DNA of 64,000 nucleotides from the NCBI GenBank assembly GCA_963668645.2, contig CAXXWC010000020.1, positions 128,001 to 192,000 on the forward strand, given 5' to 3'. Both the position numbers and the translations under genes were made by a program. Under the pieces are notes generated by a model. It was not told the origin of the DNA, did not search any database, and worked only from the letters and a program-made list of their open reading frames with translations. The stretch comes from Desulfobacterales bacterium (GTDB taxonomy: Bacteria > Desulfobacterota > Desulfobacteria > Desulfobacterales > UBA2174). Positions 60,932 through 64,000 of the stretch are shown here, in pieces. Each line of letters starts with the position of its first letter. Position 1 is the stretch's first letter.

Positions 60932-61495
60932 ATGAAAAAGAATCAACTTCCGTTGACAGTGTGTCTAGCTCTTTGTGCTATTATCGTTTCGGGGTGTGCG
61001 AGTTCTATGATGGTAAAGACCCAGCCAGTCGAGTTAAATGATAAAAATATGGCAATGGTTACCTTTCTCAGGCCGACGATTTTCGGCGGTGCCATCCAAT
61101 TCGGCATATGGGATGGAGATAAATTTGTTGGCGTTCTCTCGGCCAATTCTTATATTCAGTATATGACCTCGCCAGGACAACATTACTTTCTTGGGAGAGC
61201 TGAAAATTGGTCTTGTATACGGGCAAACTTGGAAGCAGGAAAGAGATATTATATTCTCGGCAGGGTTTTTCCGGGAATATGGAAGGCACGAATTGCATTT
61301 GATCCCATCAGGTCAGAAGATCAGCCCCAATCGCAGGTAGATGAATGGATGAACAGGTTGGCGCCTATGTCAGTGGATGAATCAAAAAGAAATGATTATG
61401 TTCAGCCACGAATCGAACAAGTCAGGAAACGGGTGCGCGAATTTGAATCAGGAAATGGAATCTGTGAAATTATGTGCCCATCCGATGGCAGGTAA
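60932..61495 (+). CDS. Putative lipoprotein (DUF2846-like)
   Basis: Lipobox VSGC, V.F.RP, PG.H, L.AGK.YY. Confidence 0.7.
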   Translation: MKKNQLPLTVCLALCAIIVSGCASSMMVKTQPVELNDKNMAMVTFLRPTIFGGAIQFGIWDGDKFVGVLSANSYIQYMTSPGQHYFLGRAENWSCIRANLEAGKRYYILGRVFPGIWKARIAFDPIRSEDQPQSQVDEWMNRLAPMSVDESKRNDYVQPRIEQVRKRVREFESGNGICEIMCPSDGR

Positions 61496-61581
61496 AATTC
61501 CAATTTTAAAACCGCATGGCGGGGCATGTCAACATTTAGAACGGTGCAGCAATAATCATTGCTCGCATAATAATGGTGATT

Positions 61582-64000
61582 ATGGATCCCAGATTGGTTT
61601 ATCCTATTCCATTTTTTGTCGCTGCTGCGCTTATATTTTTCGTGTCTGTTTTTGTCTATCGGCGCCGCAAGGTGCGTGGATCATGGTACTTGATTCTGTT
61701 GTGCATTGCAGCTTCGATATGGACGGCGGCAGAAGGCCTCCTCTATCTGAACCTAAGTGCCACAGTCAATATTTTCATTAATCATCTCCAATACCTGGGG
61801 ATAGCCCCGCTGCCCCCTTTGGCACTTCTTTTTACCATCTCTTTTTTCGGGCATGACGCATTGATCGCAAGAATGCGGCTTAACCTGCTTTTAGTTGTCG
61901 CGGCTCTAATTATCGCCCTGGTTTTTACAAACCCTTTTCATCATCTTGTTTTTTCAGATTTTTATACCATAAAAACCGCCTCATTGGCCATGACAGGGCT
62001 GAAACATGGTGTTTTGTGGTACTATATTCTTGAATACCACTATTTCTTGTTGGCCGGGTTAAGCTTCTTATTGATTTTCAAGTCGGCAACATCGACAGGC
62101 TTTTATCGTTTTCAAGCCATTTTGTTTCTTGTTGCAGTAATGATCGTTTGGGGGGCGAACGTTGTTTATATAACCGGCAACAGTCCGGTGCCCAATATGG
62201 ACATCAGCCCGGTAGCCTTCACTGTTGTGGCTGGGGTTATGGCCTGGAGTTTCTTTAGATACAAATTTTTGGATATTCTGCCTGTAGCGCGGACCGAGAT
62301 TTTTTACAAATTCGATTACGGAATCATGGTGTTAGATCAAAAACATCGGATTCTTGACATGAACTTGGCGGCCGAGGCGTTGTTTGATATTACTTTGAAA
62401 GAAACCTTGGGCTTGAGTGCTTTTCAGGTGCTACACGCCTTTCCCCAACTTTGTGATCTTTTATCTGAAATCGATCCCGGCGAGGCAATTATTTCCATTG
62501 ATCAGAATAGGCGCATTTTCGATATCAGCGTTTCACCTATTAAAGATCCGAGAGACAATGTTCAAGGCATTGTGATAACATTTCGTGATGTTACCGAACG
62601 CAGAAAAGTCGAAGAGGAGCTGATTCAAAGCAAGGAAGAGTACCGTGCCCTTTCTAAGATGCTCAGGTTGATGTGCGACAACGTTCCGGATATGATATGG
62701 GCCAAAGATCTTGAAAAACGCTTTATTTTTGCAAATAAGGCGGTCTGCCAAACTATCCTTGGAATTTCGGATGTCACAGCTCTTCTGGAAAAAACGAATA
62801 GGTTTTTTTCCGAACGACAGCAAGCAGAACATCCTGATGACCCAAACTGGTATACCCTTGGTGAAGTATGTGAGGATTCAGATACGATCACCATGAAAAC
62901 CAGGATGCCCGGGCGATTTGAAGAGTGTGAAAATATAAGAGGTCGATTTGTCTGTTTAGATGTGTATAAAACACCACTTTTTAACGAAAAAGGAGAAATG
63001 ATTGGTACAGTGGGCTCTGCGCGAGATATTACCGCGCATAAGCAAGCCGAAATAGCCTTGCGCGAAAGCGAAGAACGATTCCGCATGCTGTTGAACGATG
63101 TTTCCATGGTATCGGTTCAAGGCTATACAAAAGAGGGCAGTACCCTGTACTGGAACGAGGGATCGTGCCGGCTTTACGGGTACACTGCCACGGAAGCCAT
63201 CGGAAAGAGTATTTATGATCTGATCGTCCCGCTGGAGATGCACGACGCCTTCGCTGCAACGATCGAGAAGATGATTGATACCCGCTTGCCTGCGGCGCCC
63301 TTTGAAATCGAACTGATGCATAAGGATGGTTTTAGTATTCCGGTCTACACCAGCCACTGCATTCTTGAGCGGCAGGGGCATGCGTTGGAATTGTTTTGTA
63401 TCGGCGTGGATTTGAGAAAAATCCGCAACGCCGAGCAGGAGCGCGAAAAACTCCAAGAGCAACTCAATCAAGCCAGAAAAATGGAGGCCATCGGCCGGTT
63501 GGCCGGGGGGGTGGCTCACGACTTCAACAATATGCTCGGGGTGATTCTTGCTCAAACAGAACTGGCGATGGCCGAAATGGCTCCGGAAGAAAACCTTTAT
63601 TCAAGGTTGAGCGAAATTCGAAAAGCCGCCCAGCGTTCAGCCGAGCTTACACGTCAACTTTTGACCTTTGCCCGCAAACAGACCATTGAACCCATGGTGA
63701 TGAATTTAAATAAAAAGGTCGAAAATACACTTCACATTCTGTGGCCTTTGATCGGTGAAAATATCGAATTGTCCTGGCGTGCCGGGAAAAATCTCTGGAC
63801 GATCAGGATAGACCCTTCCCAGGTCGATCAAATTCTCACAAACCTGTCCGCCAACGCCCGGGATGCCATCTCTGGATCAGGCAATATCACCATCGAAACG
63901 AGCAATAAAACGTTGGATGAAGAGCAGTGCAGTCTTTACGCTGGTGCCGTTGCAGGCGAATATGTCTGTCTTGCTGTGAACGACAATGGTTGCGGTATGG
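61582..64000 (+). CDS. 7TM-sensor, multi-PAS histidine kinase (runs off window edge)
   Basis: Manual reading, frame consistent at several checkpoints: hydrophobic N-terminus, PAS domains, KMEAIGRLAGGVAHDFNN, NARDA, DNG.GM. Confidence 0.88.
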   Translation, partial: MDPRLVYPIPFFVAAALIFFVSVFVYRRRKVRGSWYLILLCIAASIWTAAEGLLYLNLSATVNIFINHLQYLGIAPLPPLALLFTISFFGHDALIARMRLNLLLVVAALIIALVFTNPFHHLVFSDFYTIKTASLAMTGLKHGVLWYYILEYHYFLLAGLSFLLIFKSATSTGFYRFQAILFLVAVMIVWGANVVYITGNSPVPNMDISPVAFTVVAGVMAWSFFRYKFLDILPVARTEIFYKFDYGIMVLDQKHRILDMNLAAEALFDITLKETLGLSAFQVLHAFPQLCDLLSEIDPGEAIISIDQNRRIFDISVSPIKDPRDNVQGIVITFRDVTERRKVEEELIQSKEEYRALSKMLRLMCDNVPDMIWAKDLEKRFIFANKAVCQTILGISDVTALLEKTNRFFSERQQAEHPDDPNWYTLGEVCEDSDTITMKTRMPGRFEECENIRGRFVCLDVYKTPLFNEKGEMIGTVGSARDITAHKQAEIALRESEERFRMLLNDVSMVSVQGYTKEGSTLYWNEGSCRLYGYTATEAIGKSIYDLIVPLEMHDAFAATIEKMIDTRLPAAPFEIELMHKDGFSIPVYTSHCILERQGHALELFCIGVDLRKIRNAEQEREKLQEQLNQARKMEAIGRLAGGVAHDFNNMLGVILAQTELAMAEMAPEENLYSRLSEIRKAAQRSAELTRQLLTFARKQTIEPMVMNLNKKVENTLHILWPLIGENIELSWRAGKNLWTIRIDPSQVDQILTNLSANARDAISGSGNITIETSNKTLDEEQCSLYAGAVAGEYVCLAVNDNGCGM

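Overview
Bacterial chromosome segment, most likely a sulfate-reducing Desulfobacterota/deltaproteobacterium (inferred from the tetraheme cytochrome c3 and gene content). Three zones. (1) 1-19.2 kb, GC-rich housekeeping genes: ctpA-envC-ftsX-ftsE, pyrE, queD, dnaJ, nadB, Moco genes, pyrR, mltA, tatBC, a YcaO protein, cytochrome c3 and an OYE-family oxidoreductase. (2) 19.3-42.3 kb, a phosphorus-starvation island: PIN-PhoH, two paralogous alkaline phosphatases, an EAL-GGDEF protein, a PHP-GT4/radical-SAM/DedA cluster and a 2-aminoethylphosphonate uptake/catabolism operon (ABC, phnX, pbfA-like, phnW). Six of its upstream regions carry 11-bp-periodic YTAACM-like repeats resembling Pho boxes. (3) 42.3-64 kb, a lower-GC mosaic accessory zone: hipBA with an internally deleted toxin, an attC-like site, RhuM, an IS256 remnant carrying a MITE-like hairpin, and tandem hybrid histidine kinases. 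The standout is a two-gene module at 45.5-50.2 kb: a small EACC1-like membrane protein plus a CHAT protease-STAND NTPase-TPR protein. Its ten 120-bp TPR repeats are DNA-identical except around a variable di-residue (HN-SM-HN-SN-FM-HN-HN-SM-SN-SN-AN) and two minor sites, suggesting a recombination-reprogrammable NLR-like sensor coupled to a protease-activated effector. No rRNA, tRNA or CRISPR array was seen. All family calls are by-eye motif recognition, not database hits.
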